Shown here piece after piece: positions 12,710 to 27,275 of a DNA stretch of 64,000 bases. The notes under the pieces are model-generated. The model worked only from the letters and a program-made list of their open reading frames with translations. It ran no database searches and was not told the origin of the DNA. The translations under genes and the position numbers were made by a program. The stretch comes from Antedon mediterranea (taxonomy: Eukaryota > Animalia > Echinodermata): NCBI RefSeq assembly GCF_964355755.1, contig NC_092674.1, forward strand, positions 12,524,001 through 12,588,000, given 5' to 3'. Within the stretch, counting starts at the first letter, position 1, and the number at the start of each line of letters is the position of its first letter.

Positions 12710-14091
12710 AGTGGAGCTCCACCCAGAAAATTACTATTTTTCATACATTTCAACTATTATTTAAAAATATCATCCCTTATACTTCATATTTTTTTGAAAT
12801 TTTTTTCAATGAGTACGATTTTCTTGAAAATCACGCCTTTTTGCGTTTTGGGGGGATACCTTGTAATTTCCTATTCGTTTACATGCAAAAGGGGGGTATA
12901 TTTGAATAATCCTAAAAAATTCATTTCTTCACCAAAAAAAAAATGTAAAATGTATATTTATGTAATTTTTCCAGATCTTTCTATTTCTGGTATTTTTATC
13001 AGGTATACATTGCGCAATTTTGCGTAAATAGACACTTTCCCCCGTTCGGGTCCAATTGGGTTTTTTATTTTGCTAGGGAGTACGATCACGTGACATTTTT
13101 CACAATCACACTACTGCAGCTGGCGATCTGTTATTTTGTCGCGATGTTATTTTTGACGGGCGAAAAGTATATTAAAACATTCTGAATGTGACCCTATTAT
13201 GTTTCACAGTGTAATAATGTGATTATGAGACTATTACTAAAATGTCAAATTTAACGAGATTTGAGAAAGACGTGGCTATATATTCAATAAAGCTAGGCCT
13301 AGGCCTACTAGAAAGTGTAGGTATGTACCGATGCTGCGTGGCCTCTAGCTAGGCGGCTAGGCTGACAGCAGTGAAGTTTGTTTTGCTGGCACCCGACCTT
13401 GGCCTACCCATGGGCCATGATAGGGTGCCTGAATAGTTGCTTTTCAGTCAGGTCTAAGCTTGCACATCGCTTTACTACTCTTGTTCTGTATACTATAGGA
13501 TTTTGTGTTTCACAATTCTTAATGTGCGAGAAAACCCAGGAACGATAAATGGGGCGAAACGACCATGCCTATGAATACTTAGGCCTCTAGACAAAAATTC
13601 AAGGCTAGCTAGGCTGAGCACACGGCTGAGCTAGGCCTAGCCCTAGCTTAAAGTTAAAAGCAATCTGATAAGATTATTATGCTGTTGTTGTACAGTGAAA
13701 ATCACGAGGTTTACATGTAAATTATACTGACATTCTTATCGGAAATATTACTTAGGCCTAAACAAATCGTATTAATTGTGTGTATAAAATTTATTCCCCA
13801 TTTTTCGACACATAATTTACCCAAGGGGAGACATTTCATCAATGCGTTGAACGGCGACTAAAACGCGTCAGTCGCTAAGTGTAACGCGTTTTGCGACGTA
13901 TTGTAAACTAATAACCCATTAGTTACTGAAAAACTGTAATGTGTTAAAAAACACTATTTTCTGACCGATTTTTTAGAAATGAGTTTTTGGAAAATATTTC
14001 CGTATTTTTCCTGGTTTTTTTTATGTAATCACTTTCAATTAAACATACTTAAACATAATATAAGCTGAGAAAGTCTGAGTGTAGCTCCACT
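12710..14091. mobile_element. Non-autonomous Kolobok-like DNA transposon (1,382 bp)
   Basis: TTAA TSD (12706-12709 / 14092-14095); 18-bp TIR AGTGGAGCTCCACCCAGA vs AGTGGAGCTACACTCAGA; AG...CT ends fit Kolobok rather than piggyBac; empty site ATGTTTAAATCATGG at 20515. Confidence 0.82.
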
Positions 14092-15691
14092 TTAAATCAT
14101 GAACAGGACAAAAGAAATGGGCAGAGAATAAATTTGTATTTAATAACGAACAATTGAAAGCTATCTACCTAGCTCCATATACGTGTACAATGAATATTGT
14201 TTTAATATATTTACAATATAAAATTGTAAACAGAATAATTGCAACAAATGAACAATTATTTAAAATGAATATAAAAGAAACTTCAATGTGCTCATTTAGA
14301 GATGGTAAAATCGAAACCAATTAGCATTTGTTCTGTAATTGTGCAATAGTAAAAAGGATATGGAACCTTCTCCAGGAAAAAATTTCAGAAAAAACTGGAG
14401 TGCAATTTATTTTTAGTAAATAGAGCATAATTTTTGGATACCTTGATGCGCATCAGTTTTTTATTCTAATTGTAAAATCATTTATTTATAAATGTAAACT
14501 AGTTAAATGCCAAATATCAAAATGGTAATGAACGAGTTAAAAAGGTTTTATGAAACGGAAAAATGTATTTATCATCACAATTTCCAGGACAGTATTTTAA
14601 ATAGAAAATGGATAAAATTAGAAGCATTTATAAATCAGATGGATATCTTTGTTGTTTTTGTTTGCTTTTATATTTTTTATTTGATTATTTTTTTCCTTTG
14701 TAATGTATTATATGATGAAAAAAATAAATAAATAAAAAAATAAAAAAATAGTAAACAACCAAATAAAAGTGACATTGGGCAGACTTGTAAATGGTAGTTG
14801 CGAATGAATTGCCGTTTCTTACAAAGGGAGCATACCGCCTCTCGAAACTACGTATTTTGGTACCTGTATGTGTATAGCATGGCCCCCGGTTGTCGACGCG
14901 TGAGCTGGACCAACTTCTAAATATATTTACTCTATAAATATTTCTTACAGAGGGACACCGCCAGATTAAGTGCGTCCTATCACTAGTAAGTAACTTGATT
15001 CAGATTTCTAACTACAGGACAGATATTGACGCGTAAACCACAATGAAAATTAGTTAGTCGATTAGTTGACGTTTTACTGTAATATTAAATATATTTGTTA
15101 CTAGAAATTAGTTTGATAAAATATATTCTACAAATTAGTAGGCATAATCGTTTTCCCCTAATAAATTAAGGGGGTGGGGGGTGGGGGACACGTGTTTGTT
15201 TATGAGTGAGAATCAATAAGGCATTTAATTAAAATGCAGACCATCTTAAATTACATTGACATGTTCCGATAAATATATTCTCATCATCAGAACTGTAATC
15301 AAAGCCTAGAGTACTTGTATACGTACAAAGTTGCGTTTAAATGAGTCAATAATTAGCATGAGAATAGATTTATCGAAACATGTCACGTAATTTTAAGACG
15401 GTCCACATTTTCATTAAATGCCTTATGATATTATTGATTATCAATCGTAATTTGGTGGTATTATAAATGATGTGCCTGTTTATGTACAGTGAAAGAGCTT
15501 ATTTTAGTATCCTATAGTAATATATTTTCTATATAAGAGAATATTTTGTTTTTCTCTTTTGTTGCGCAAACACCACTTTTATTCACATTCATATTATCTC
15601 ATATTACATAAAATCGTATTATTTAACTTGTAAATGTCGTTACAGTTCATAAGTAACATTTTTACATATATGAATTCTGTATTACTCCTTT

Positions 15692-18235
15692 TCTATATAT
15701 AAATTTACGTAAGGGCAAAATTCGGTAAATCGCGCCTTACTTCTAGAATTTTCACTCGATGGTATGTAAAGTTGGTTCGTACTTTCGGTACTGATTTTAA
15801 CCGCCTGATGTAACCCTGTTTACTAATTAAATTGAGTTAGATAATTAGTTATTGACGATTAAAACGAATTTAGGTTCAAAGATTTGCCCCAAATAGGGGT
15901 GTTTTCCGATCGTGGTATACACTGTCTAATGGATGTCCATCTTGAAAAATACCCGCCAAAAAAATGCGAGGAGGCTTCGCATTTTTCTATCTCCTCCTAC
16001 GATAATTGTTTTTAATAGCTGAAAACCGGTTGAACAGCTAGAGTACACCATCATAATGTTGAAGACAGGCCGATTTTCTTTAAAAAATACTATTTTGATA
16101 GATTTAATATACGATTATACAAATGTATTGATTTACGATGAATGGAACATCCCAATCTCTCAGTCTGCCAGAGTTTTAACACAAGTACTGTAGGTAAATT
16201 TATGAGCCCTTGGTTTAACACATACGGTAGGTAAATATATGGGCCCTTTGAGAATAAACTTGCAATACTTTGACAATACTGTAAATACCTATTAACTATT
16301 TTTCATTTGAATCGAACATTTCTTACTGTGAATGTTCGTACTGTTAGATGTAATATAAAAATATATACAAATAAACTTTATTACTGAGACTGTGGATAGG
16401 CTCTACTGTTAGATATACAAATAAACTTTATACTGACAGTTCCTTCTCAACGTTTGTATTAATTAATAATTACCAAAAATATAAACGTCGTAGTGGTGTA
16501 TCATGACATGTACTTTAATATTTCAATCGATTATGACAGTGACAGTTTTAACAAAGTATTAAATCGCAAATGTTTTAGGCCTACTGTATTTAGAGGTATA
16601 TTATTTATAGGCCTATAAAACATGAACAAAATATTTCGTTACTCAGTGGATAAAGAATATATTTAAAAATTGTTCCTCTTTGTACCTATCCGCTTTCCCA
16701 TCCCTCAACCCTAATGTTACATAGCGAGGAGGCTTCGCATTTTCCTATCTCCTCCTACGATAATTGTTTTTAATAGCTGAAAACCGGTTGAACAGCTAGA
16801 GTACACCATCATAATGTTGAAGACAGGCCGATTTTCTTTTAAAAATACTATTTTGATAGATTGCTAGAGTACACCATCATAATGTTGAAGACAGGCCGAT
16901 TTTCTTTAAAAAATACTATTTTGATAGATTTAATATACGATTATACAAATGTATTGATTTGCGATGAATGGAACATCCAGTTTGGTTTAACACAAGTACT
17001 GTAGGTAAATTTATGAGCCCTTGGTTTAACACATACGGTAGGTAAATATATGGGCCCTTTGAGAATAAACTTGCAATAGGTTCGGAAAATGTTAAAAAAC
17101 CAATTTCTATTATTTTAATCGGTAAACAGTTTCCATTTATTATACATTGATAATGAAACATGAAATATTCCTTTTTATGTCCCTCGAGGTTCATTACAAT
17201 TTATATTTAGTAGTCCCACGGACTTCATCTTAGCCACTCCCCCGAGTGCTAAGGCCAAATTTATGATACCCTACTTTCTATGTAAGTTTAGTTACAGTTA
17301 GTTCTTGACGATAATACAACGAATTTAGGTTACACCCTTCGGCCGCGAAAACGTTTCTGTACAAATATGATACCGATTGGCTTTATTTCATTCAACAGCG
17401 ACCATAATCTCGCCAATTACAGGATAGATAAACTATTTTATTATTGATGTGCTTATAAATTAAGACTCATGTAAACAGCTTGATTACATCATTTTACAGA
17501 CAAACGAAACTTTTTTAAACCTACTGTTTCAATAACTGAGTATAATACTGTATACGTTTTCATAAGTAAGTGCATATACATTTTCGTGTTTTCATTGACG
17601 AGATTGTAATAGTAACTTCAGTAACTATTACAGTACTTATTTATTATACGACACAAGACAATTGTATCTGACAGGTACGTACATTATTCTAAAAAATAAG
17701 TCTAGATAGATCCCTTAGGCGTCATAAATCACAGGCCAACAAATCAGTACTCATGACAGAAATTCGACCCAGTTTGGTTCACACAAATGTTTACAGGAAG
17801 TTCAACACCACAACCGATGATTTGCCCTAAATATTTAGGTAGACTACAGTTTAATTTTTCACTGAATAGGAGCTTGAATTTCCGATTTCCATTTCGCAGA
17901 ATGTCTAGATCTATTTATTTAGTTTGGTTCTTATAATATATAAATACAATCAACTTTATTACTGCGGTTCCATCACCACAACCACGTGCCGCCGCCCAAT
18001 TCCCGTACATACATTTCCATTTCTCCCTAATTTCTTTAATCCACATAAATTAATTGTCCTTTATGGAATCCAGTATTGGTTTTGTTGTCTCTATTTCTGA
18101 ATACCCCAATTAGGGGGACACTTCCGTTTTTGTTTAGTGTCCCAAAAAAGTCCCCGTCCGTGGATTCTACTGTATTCGAGAACCATCTGTGAGCACCCCT
18201 AGATGGTACGCGAGCGAAGCGAGCGTGCCATCTAG
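15692..18235 (+). mobile_element. Non-autonomous Helitron of the same family as 9151-10585, opposite orientation, with internal duplications
   Basis: 5' TCTATATATAAATTTACG; 3' hairpin 18199-18235 ending CTAG|T; ~16724-17075 duplicates ~15966-16266. Confidence 0.85.
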
Positions 18236-20009
18236 TTTCATTAATTTTCTTATTTTTTGTTATACACTTGACAGGATCATCATTATCATCTATCCCGTTT
18301 TAAAATAGTTCACACATTTTCATTTGTTTGTTTTCATTTTACAACCCGGATTATACAATATATTTATATACATGATAAAAAAACAATAATAGCTCAGTAC
18401 CACCAGTAACCCGTATCACTGTAATTCTTTTTCGGTTAATCGTATCAAATTAGAAATTATATTATCATAATCTTATTTCTTAAAGCTACCCATTTTTCTA
18501 TACTTGTTTCTTTATTGTTATATGTTTCACATTCAATGTTATATAACATATTGCTTTTAAATGAATTCCATAAAGATTTACCCACTGGCTTATTTAGTGC
18601 AGATAACATTTTTATTCTATAAATAGTAAATGCTGCAAAAGTGTAAAAATAATCTATTAGCTTATCTCTCGTTCCTAGTATTAATTGTTTAAATGATATA
18701 TTATTTTGATTTAAACTTACAAAGATACTAAGCATTTTCCCAGTGAAATCCGCAACTTAAATATTTCTGTTAGTTCTTTTAATAAGCCAAATTACTTAAT
18801 TATCTCAATATTTATTCTTTAAATAATGTTGATATTGAAAAAGTGTCTAGTTGGTCGCTTTCTTGTAGATGCTTTAATTGTAGAACGTAAATTATTAATT
18901 TTTCTTATATGTTTCTGTTCTGGTTTGACAAACTAGCAAAGGTGTTTAGCACCTGTTTGGTCTTTCCGTGCCTCCTTTTATAATTGTTTTGTCTTCTTTT
19001 TTATGTATATGGCAGAAATTGAATAAATAAATAAATAAACACGGTATGTATTCAATTATCTCAACACAAATACCAATTTAAATGCAATGGTTTCTGTGAT
19101 TAGTTCTTTAGTTCTTTTAAATATGTCTACTATAATCTTTCCATCTCTTCTGAAAACTGTTTTCAATACAATCAATTGCCTGTTGTAGATACAAACAAGG
19201 AAAACGCTTATTCATCATTACTAACAAGTAAGTTATCAATGCTAGTTATTTCTTCAGGTTGATGTACTTACATTTCCATCACATAACCCTTACTTTCTAT
19301 CACGTAAAGTATTAAGAGTACACGCCGGTTCATGTGCGCCATATTATTGCTCATATAATCTTTACTAAAATAATTTTGCAAGCACGTTAATGTATTGATT
19401 CAACATTACTTTGTTTATCAATATTAGGGTTGTATATTCATATGAAGTAATAATATTAACAAGGTCAACACTCGGGAAACCACATTTTCTGGAAAAAATC
19501 AATGGATTTGATACTGCATGACATTTTTTTTCTGTTATTAACCATAATAGGAAGTAAAAATAAAATGTCAACTATTGCTATATGTTGGGGTTAAAGGTCA
19601 CCAAATACAGGTCAAAAATACAAAAAAAATCATATTTTTAAAATAAAACCATTATAATAGTTTAGATTCACGGTGATTCTAGAAACAGCAGCGAATTTAT
19701 CAAAACTGTTGTTTTTGCTCTTTTAAATTGAAATTGCATGGTTTCTCCCAGTTTCCATTGTTAACAAGACACTATTAAAATTTACCAAACATAACATTAT
19801 TAGTGGATTTATATTTAATATGTCTTCTTCCTAAACAATATTAAAAATTTTGGATTGCCAAATTTACCATTTTTGAACTTTTGGCACACTTTGAATTGAT
19901 TCTGTCCCACTGTGCCATGGGCCAGGAGCTATTCCTTTATTATTCTATTTTTTTTTAAATCGGTAATCGTGATCCTTTATAACTTGTTGCATATAATGTG
20001 CCAGCGTGC

Positions 20010-21230
20010 TACGTTCTAGACATTGGAATAGTAAACAACTAATAGTAAAAATAACTTGAAACGAATTGTAAACGTCTGTCCAGCATTAGAGATAATCTTA
20101 AAATTCTCTTCTGGAAAGAGGTAATAGATGTATGGAGTAATTTTATTTCTCTTCATTATCCAAAGTCTGTTGACGATCTATTACGAATGCAAATTTGGAA
20201 TAATGAAGTAATAAGAATAGGCAACGAATGTATAAGATATGGACATTGGGAAAAAGCAGGTATTCTGTTTGTTAATGATTTGTTTAACAGCAATGGGCAA
20301 TTTATGAACAAAAAAGAAGTCGAAGATACATATGGAATTAAGATAAATTATATAAAATTAATAGGATTAAGGAGGCTTCTTATGGAAAAATTTAACAATT
20401 TAATGATATGGGAAATAAAAAAAACTGTTTTGCCATATATTCCATTTCATATAAAAAGTACTCTTTCAACAAAGAAAGGGATGTCGTATTTTTTATGATG
20501 TTTTAAATAACTCAATGTTTAAATCATGGAAAGCACAAAAGAAATGGGCAGAGAATAAATTTGTATTCAATAACGAACAATTGAAAACAATCTACCTAGA
20601 TCCACATACGTGTATAATGCATATTGTTTTAATATATTTTCAATATAAAATTGTAAACAGAATAATTGCAACAAATGAACAATTATTTAAAATTAATATA
20701 AAAGAAACTTCAATGTGCTCATTTAGAGATGGTAAAATTGAAACCATTTTGCATTTGTTCTGTAATTGTCGAATAGTAAAAAGGATATGGAACCTCCTCC
20801 AGGAAAAAAATATCAGAAAAAACTTGAGCGCATTTATTTTTAGTAAAGAGAGCTATATTTTCGGATACCAAGATGCGCATCAGTTTTATAATTTAAAAGT
20901 CATTAATGCAATTATTCTAATTGTAAAATCATTTATTTATAGTTAAATGTAAGCCAACTATCAAAATGGTTATGAACGAGTTAAAAAGGTTTTATGAAAC
21001 GGAAAAATGTATTTATCATCAGAATTTCCAGGACAGTATTTTAAATAGAAAATGGATAAAATTAGAAGCAGTTATAAATCAAATATGAAATTGTTAGAGA
21101 TTAGAATAATTTTTATGAACCTTTATTTAATTTGTGAGATGGATATCTTTGTTGTTTTTTGTTTAATTTTTATTTTTTATTTGATTATGTTTTTCCTTTG
21201 TAATGTATTATAAGATGGAAAAAAAAAAGT
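20010..21230 (+). mobile_element. L1/Tx1-like ORF2 3' fragment (zf-RVT) with poly(A); copies at ~11880-14750, ~30985-32205, ~38210-39400
   Basis: ORFs 20187..20498 and 20515..20946 contain FQYKIVNRIIATN and CSF...ETILHLFCNC..VKRIW; frameshifted; A-rich end. Confidence 0.85.
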
Positions 21231-24200
21231 AAACAACCAAATAAAAGTGAAATTGGGTAGACTTGTAAATGGTAGTTGCGAATTAATTGCCATTTCTTAC
21301 AAAGGGAGCATACCGCCTCTCGAAACTACGTATTTTGGTACCTGGATGTGTATAGCATGGCCTCCGGATGTCTACGCATGAGCTGGACCAACTTCTAAAT
21401 ATATTTACTCTATAAATATTTCTTACAGAGGGACACCGCCAGATTAAGTGCGTCCTATCACTAGTAAGTAACTTGATTCTGATTTCTAACTACAGGACAG
21501 ATATTGACGCGTAAACCACAAAGAAAATGAGTTTGTGAATTAGTAGACGTTTTACTGTAATATTAAATATATTTGTTACTAAAAATTAGTTTGATAAAAT
21601 ATATTCTACAAAATTAGTAGGCCTAATCGTTTTCCCCTAATAAATTAAGGGGATGGGGGGTGGGGGCACGTGTTTGTTTATGAGTGAGAATCAATAAGGC
21701 ATTTAGTTAAAATGCAGACCGTCTTAAATTACTGGACATGTTCCGATAAATATATTCTCATCATCAGAATTGTAATCAAAGCCTAGAATACTTGTATACG
21801 TACAAAGTTGCGTTTAAATGAGTCAATCATTAGCATGAGAATAGATTTATCGAAACATGTCACGTAATTTTAAGATGGTCCACATTTTCATTAAATGCCT
21901 TATGATATTATTGATTATCAATCGTAATTTGGTGGTATTATACATGATGTGCCTGTTTATATACAGTGAAAGAGCTTATTTTAGTATCCTATAGTAATAT
22001 AGTTTCTATATAAGAGAATATGTTATTTCAAATCAGGTACAAAAGCCGACGATCCAAGCGAATTACATGTTTAAAAAAAATCGGAAAACACTCATTTGTT
22101 ATTTTCAAAACACATTGAAAATCGGCGCGGTCCGATGGCATTCGTGACTGGCGGAAAAACGCAACAAAAATGAAAAACGAAAATGGCATGTTGTGTTTTC
22201 TGTAGGCCTATACAGTAATTAGTTTCTCAGATACCACCGTTTACAGTAGTATAATTGGGTGTTTATTTCAAGCTCATATCAACGGGCAAAGAAATCCTCG
22301 TTATTAAAAAAAACATATTTAAACTTATTCACTATAGTATATTTAAATTATCTACTTATTACTTTATTTATATATTGTTTTCTCTTTTTACTTGGTTAGA
22401 TAAAACAAACGGAAAACATTCTAGTTGAAATTGTTTATGTTAATTATATCCACAGATTGCACTATTTTCTTTATACTTAATTAGGTAATCTTTTCGTACT
22501 GTTGGGAATTGATAAATATTTCAGTTCAATTATTTTCCAAAATAGTGGTACACAACAATGAAAGAAAACAACATTTTTGTTACGTTCTTGTCATTAGAAA
22601 TATTCTTGCGACTGAGGTGAACTTCGAAAATGCCGGTCAGATATAAAAAAAAACAGTTACAAGGAATAAATTAGCAATTGTCACTGCATACTCATCCATC
22701 AAACTAGCCTACATCGAGAAAATATTTAATTCTATGAATCTTATGATGGTTAGTTTTATAGGAACAATAGTACTATTTTTATTTGTTTTGGCAATTAATG
22801 CAATTAAAGCGTAATTAATTCGTCATATTCCATTTGGAATACTACGTCCTGTAAAATGACTATAGAATGTTCTGATTTGTTAATTTTTAAATTATATTAT
22901 AATATACAGAATTATATATTATTTAAAATGTTCGGGTAGCTTCCATGCATGCGGCTTTTGGCCTTAATGGAAGTCCTTTTGTATATTTTTTCTTTTTTTA
23001 CAGTATAATTTAATTTTGTTTAAACTACAGGCGTGGCCCGTGAAAAAAAAAATCAAAGTATATGTATCGCCGTCAACGGCAAATATTGGAGCAGATCAAA
23101 AACTACATCAACCGGGAAATCACGAAATCAATTTTATACCGCGGACGATTGAAAATCTGCCGATGAAATCAGAAAGGTTGTTTTAACACCTTTTATAATA
23201 TCTGCCTAAGAGAGAAATATTATTAAATCTACGTTTCGCGTATCTGAGATAGATAATGTAGGTATGCAAGGCGGAAATCTTTTTCCATTGTGCTCAAAAG
23301 TAACCATAATTTAAGTATAGATACACTAACATCGTGGAGCACATTTAGCTCGTAGTATCATGTACGTGCACATAGCATCGCATTGGTAAGTCACAAACAT
23401 ATTAGTGAAATGCACAACACTGCAGTAATATTTATTAAAACATAAAGGTTATGAAATAATCAAATTAAACAAATGTCTATCCTTACACGTACGAAAAAAA
23501 CACCAACAGTTATCTAACAACACGAATTCCTTACCTTCGCGCAAACACTGAAAGAACGAATGATTATTTATTATGCTTAATTCTGGAATAGGTATGCACA
23601 ATGTAAAACGCATAGCACCAACTCCTTGTCGGTTCTTACCCCAGCTGTTCCATTCATCTAATATCTTAGAAAAGATAGTATTAGTGTTTTTAATGTCTTA
23701 TGTCATCGGTAGACTTTTAACAGTCATCGGTAAAGTTACTTCCGAGTTCGTCATCACTTTACGATTTCCAACTTCGCTGTATAGTCCCAATAAAACCTCT
23801 GTACAAAACGCTTGCAGCTGTCCCACATATGAACGTGGCATGTACATTTGATATACATTTGAGTCCAGATAGTTCATGTTTCTCTCTTTAAACGTCAAAA
23901 TGTACTAATTTGTATTAATTATATTGTAGAATACTATGGTTTGGCTATTTAATATTATTGTAACTCAGACTGTTTAAAACTTAATGAAGAAATAGCTCAT
24001 AATGTGTAATATGTTATAAATTCTGTATACACTACGATAGGACGTGACGTTATTATTATATTACAGTTGTAGACTATGTATAAATTTTATAATGTACCGC
24101 GATGGTAAGATTCGCATAGAAATTAATAATATTACAAGTAATAAATATTAATTTATAAAGATTAAACAAGTTATTACAAAGTTTGACATCAATTGTGACA

Positions 24201-24462
24201 AAACCTTGGTTAATCTGACTTTCCAATGTCAAGATTAACCATGACGAGGCAGTGGTGTTCCGAACCATGTGAGGGATACAACCGTGCAGTTCTCGACAAT
24301 TTAGTCATCCTCGCCACAAAAATGGTCTGTAATATGACCCACGATGTGCTTGCTTCATTTAGGTATGTTATTATTGGCACGCCCTTTATATTGTAAAATT
24401 AAACACTTTTTTAAATCACATTGAATTATATAGCACATATTATTTATGTGTGTAACACTTAC

Positions 24463-24561
24463 TTTGGTCTGAAGATCCAATTGAGCACCTTCCTTGAGCA
24501 AAATGGAGCAAACATCTGTGTGGCCGTTTTTTGCAGCCACATATAAAGGTGACGCTCCAAT
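24463..24561 (-). CDS. Ankyrin-repeat exon, IGASPLYVAAKNGHTDVCSILLKEGAQLDLQTK
   Basis: Inside ORF 24355..24579; 99 bp, canonical splice sites. Confidence 0.9.
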
Positions 24562-25794
24562 CTGAAATATTACAAACATTATGTTATAGTATTTTCTCTC
24601 TCTAAACTAAGTATTATAATATTGTCCTGGAATCAATACGATGTGATCATTTAAAAATGACGTTATAGATTTAAATTATGCTACATAGTTAAATTAAATA
24701 AAGAGTATTAACCCTTTTCTTTAAGATAATGTATGTATACATATACATTTTTTGTCTTTCTTGTAGGCCTATAACATTTTTTTTACATTTTTTTATAAAT
24801 TTATAAAACAAGTAAGTGTTTTTTTCTTTTTTAGCCTGAAAAGTAAACAGTTCATCCGATCCGATAGTGCTAACTAGTCTGAATGTAAACTGGCAGTTAC
24901 AGCTAAAAATATATCTAGGCTCCAAATTCTGTTCAGGTAACACACTTTGACTGCAAAATTCTTACAATGATTACGGAATCTATTACGAGAGGTGATGGAC
25001 TTTTTCTTTGAACGTCAAAATAGAGCATTGGATAGGTTGGGTCTTGCAAAATTTAATGTGTTTCCTCAATAAAGTCTCTTATAAAAGTGAATCAAATTGA
25101 GATTTACTTAATTATAACTACGCTTCACTTAGTAGTAGTAACTACTACTAAGTGAAGCATAACTAAAAATACGTTCCAGCTAATTCTTACATAGCGAGTA
25201 ATGATAATATTTTTAATGATAGATTTATAAAAAATTACTTAGGCCTATGGGAGGTTTAACTACAAAAGATTTAAGTCTACGCAAAAGTAAAGTCTATTTG
25301 ATACTCTCATTAATGAGGTCGTGCCATTTAGGATCACTACGGTAGTGATTTATTTGCAGTCTCAACTTCAGATTGGGTACCGTACCGTATTTCATGATTT
25401 AGGTGATTTTCCTATTTTTGTTTGTTACTTTAGGTGGAATATACTGTATGGTACTGCAAATAAGTCAATATATAATAATAACCCACTACTCTAATATTAA
25501 CCCATGGGGGTTACTCTTAAAGTGACAAAAACTTATGATACAGCTGTATTTTGAAAATAAGTAGATAATGCAGGTTGATCTTGGGAGTAGGGGAGGATTG
25601 AGTGTTTTTGAGTTCAAACAAATTTGTTTATTCGTACTGTTTTATTATTTTGCTATAAGTTGCTGACCAAAAAAGTTGGGGTGGGTTACTATTTTCAGGT
25701 GCTTAATTTAAGATTAGTAATAGTAACCCATTACTCTAATTGTAACCCCCCTTCCAATATATATAATCTATATAATCATTATTGTATTGGCGTC

Positions 25795-26288
25795 ACTTTA
25801 CTGATCTCGTTTTTCTTTGTAAGATTTTCAATTCTAATATAATTAATACTGACAATTTATTTAATATTCGTAATCCAAAACGAGTTACTCGTAGCTCATC
25901 TTCTGTTGGTACTCTTTTTGATATTCGTCGCTGCAGAACTGAATCTTCTTTTCAATCATATCCCACGTGTTACCAGAATTTGGAATAACTTACCCAGTGA
26001 AATCCGCAACTTAAATATTTCTGTTAGTTCTTTTAAAGCCAAATTACTTAATTATCTCAATATTTATTCTTTAAATAATTTTGATATTGAAAAAGTGTGT
26101 AGTTGGTCGCTTTCTTGTAGATGCTTTAATTGTAGAACGTAATTTATTTATTTTTCTTATATGTTTCTTCTGGTTTGACAAACTAGCATAGGTGTTTAAC
26201 ACCTGTTTGGTCTTTCCGTGCCTCCTTTTATAATTATTTTGTCTTCTTTTTCATGTATATGGCAGAAATTGAATACATAAATAAATAA
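25795..26288 (+). mobile_element. CR1-like LINE 3' end with (AATA)n tail; copies at ~9080-11016 (split by Helitron), 18739-19039, 36771-37264
   Basis: DLVFLCKI...PRVTRIWNNLPSEIR...SFKAKL...CRCFNC across ORFs 25782 and 25906; tail AATACATAAATAAATAAA. Confidence 0.75.
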
Positions 26289-26910
26289 ACACGGTATGTA
26301 TTCAATTATCTCAACACAAATACCAATTGAAATGCAATGGTTTCTGTGATTAGTTCTTTAGTTCTTTTAAATATGTCTACTATAATCTTTCCATCTCTTC
26401 TGAAACCTGTTTTCAATACAATCAATTGCCTGTTGTAGATATGTAACATGGTGGGACCAAACCCTATTAGTCACACAGGCTATTCACCCCTTACTCTCCC
26501 CGATGCCTACTTAACTTGGAACACTACATTCCTGAGGTGGGTCTTCCAAGGAAAGTCAATCAGGATGTGGTACCATTTAATTAGTCATCCTTCCTGTCCC
26601 CTTAATATAAATATATGTTTTGTAGTTAAGTTAGTTAGTTCGGGTATTGATTCTTGAGACTATAACATCAGTCAGAATCACTACGTTTCACATTGTTTTA
26701 TAATATTACTTTTTGATTGAATAAATATTATATTTTGTACATTGAATAATTGTGTGCCATCGTTATTGTCTTGGCCCTCGACACGACTACCGTTACATGG
26801 TGGCAGTGGTTTTTACGAACTCACAAAGAAAAAGTAAATTTATACAGTCGACCAAAAGCTGTAGAATTTGAAAAGAAGCTGATTTTTATTTCCGAAACGG
26901 ATTTTGTTTT

Positions 26911-27114
26911 CAACACAAGTATAGAGTGAGTAGTAACCAATCTACACTCTTGGACACAACAACAAGTAACACAAAGGAACACAGAGAGCAACACAAGTAA
27001 AGAGTGAGTAGTAACCATTCTACACTCTTGGAAACAACAAACACAAGAAACACAAAGGAACAGAGACGTACAAAGAGCAACACAAGTAAAGGATGAGTAA
27101 CCAATCTACACTCT
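26911..27114 (+). repeat. About 2.5 copies of a 78-89 bp tandem repeat in the LTR element leader
   Basis: CAACACAAGTA...AGTAACCA(A/T)TCTACACTCT starting at 26911, 26989 and 27078. Confidence 0.85.
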
Positions 27115-27275
27115 AATTAGCATATACTTTCATACTGACAGTGGCATTTATTTTATACTTTAATAATTCTGGTTGATAATTGTATTATAATTCTCAATAT
27201 TACTTATATTGTAGTTAAGGTACATTCTGTTATTAGCCTAATTGATTCCAAACTTATCGTACATTCTCACTTAAA

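Larger units (their letters stand above)
6505..15543. repeat. Ankyrin unit copy A (7.2-kb unit inflated by Helitron, SINE and Kolobok insertions)
   Basis: Collinear with 23065-26441 plus 30190-32997; exon offset to the next copy is 16,559 bp. Confidence 0.9.

Noticed and set aside
24355-24579. Stand-alone 74-aa ankyrin microproteins (ORFs 24355, 35331, 49303)
   Set aside because: Ankyrin similarity is confined exactly to the AG/GT-bounded 99 bp; the rest is intron read-through.
26911-27114. CRISPR-like repeat-spacer array
   Set aside because: The intervening sequences are themselves homologous; it is a tandem repeat inside a eukaryotic LTR element with no cas genes.
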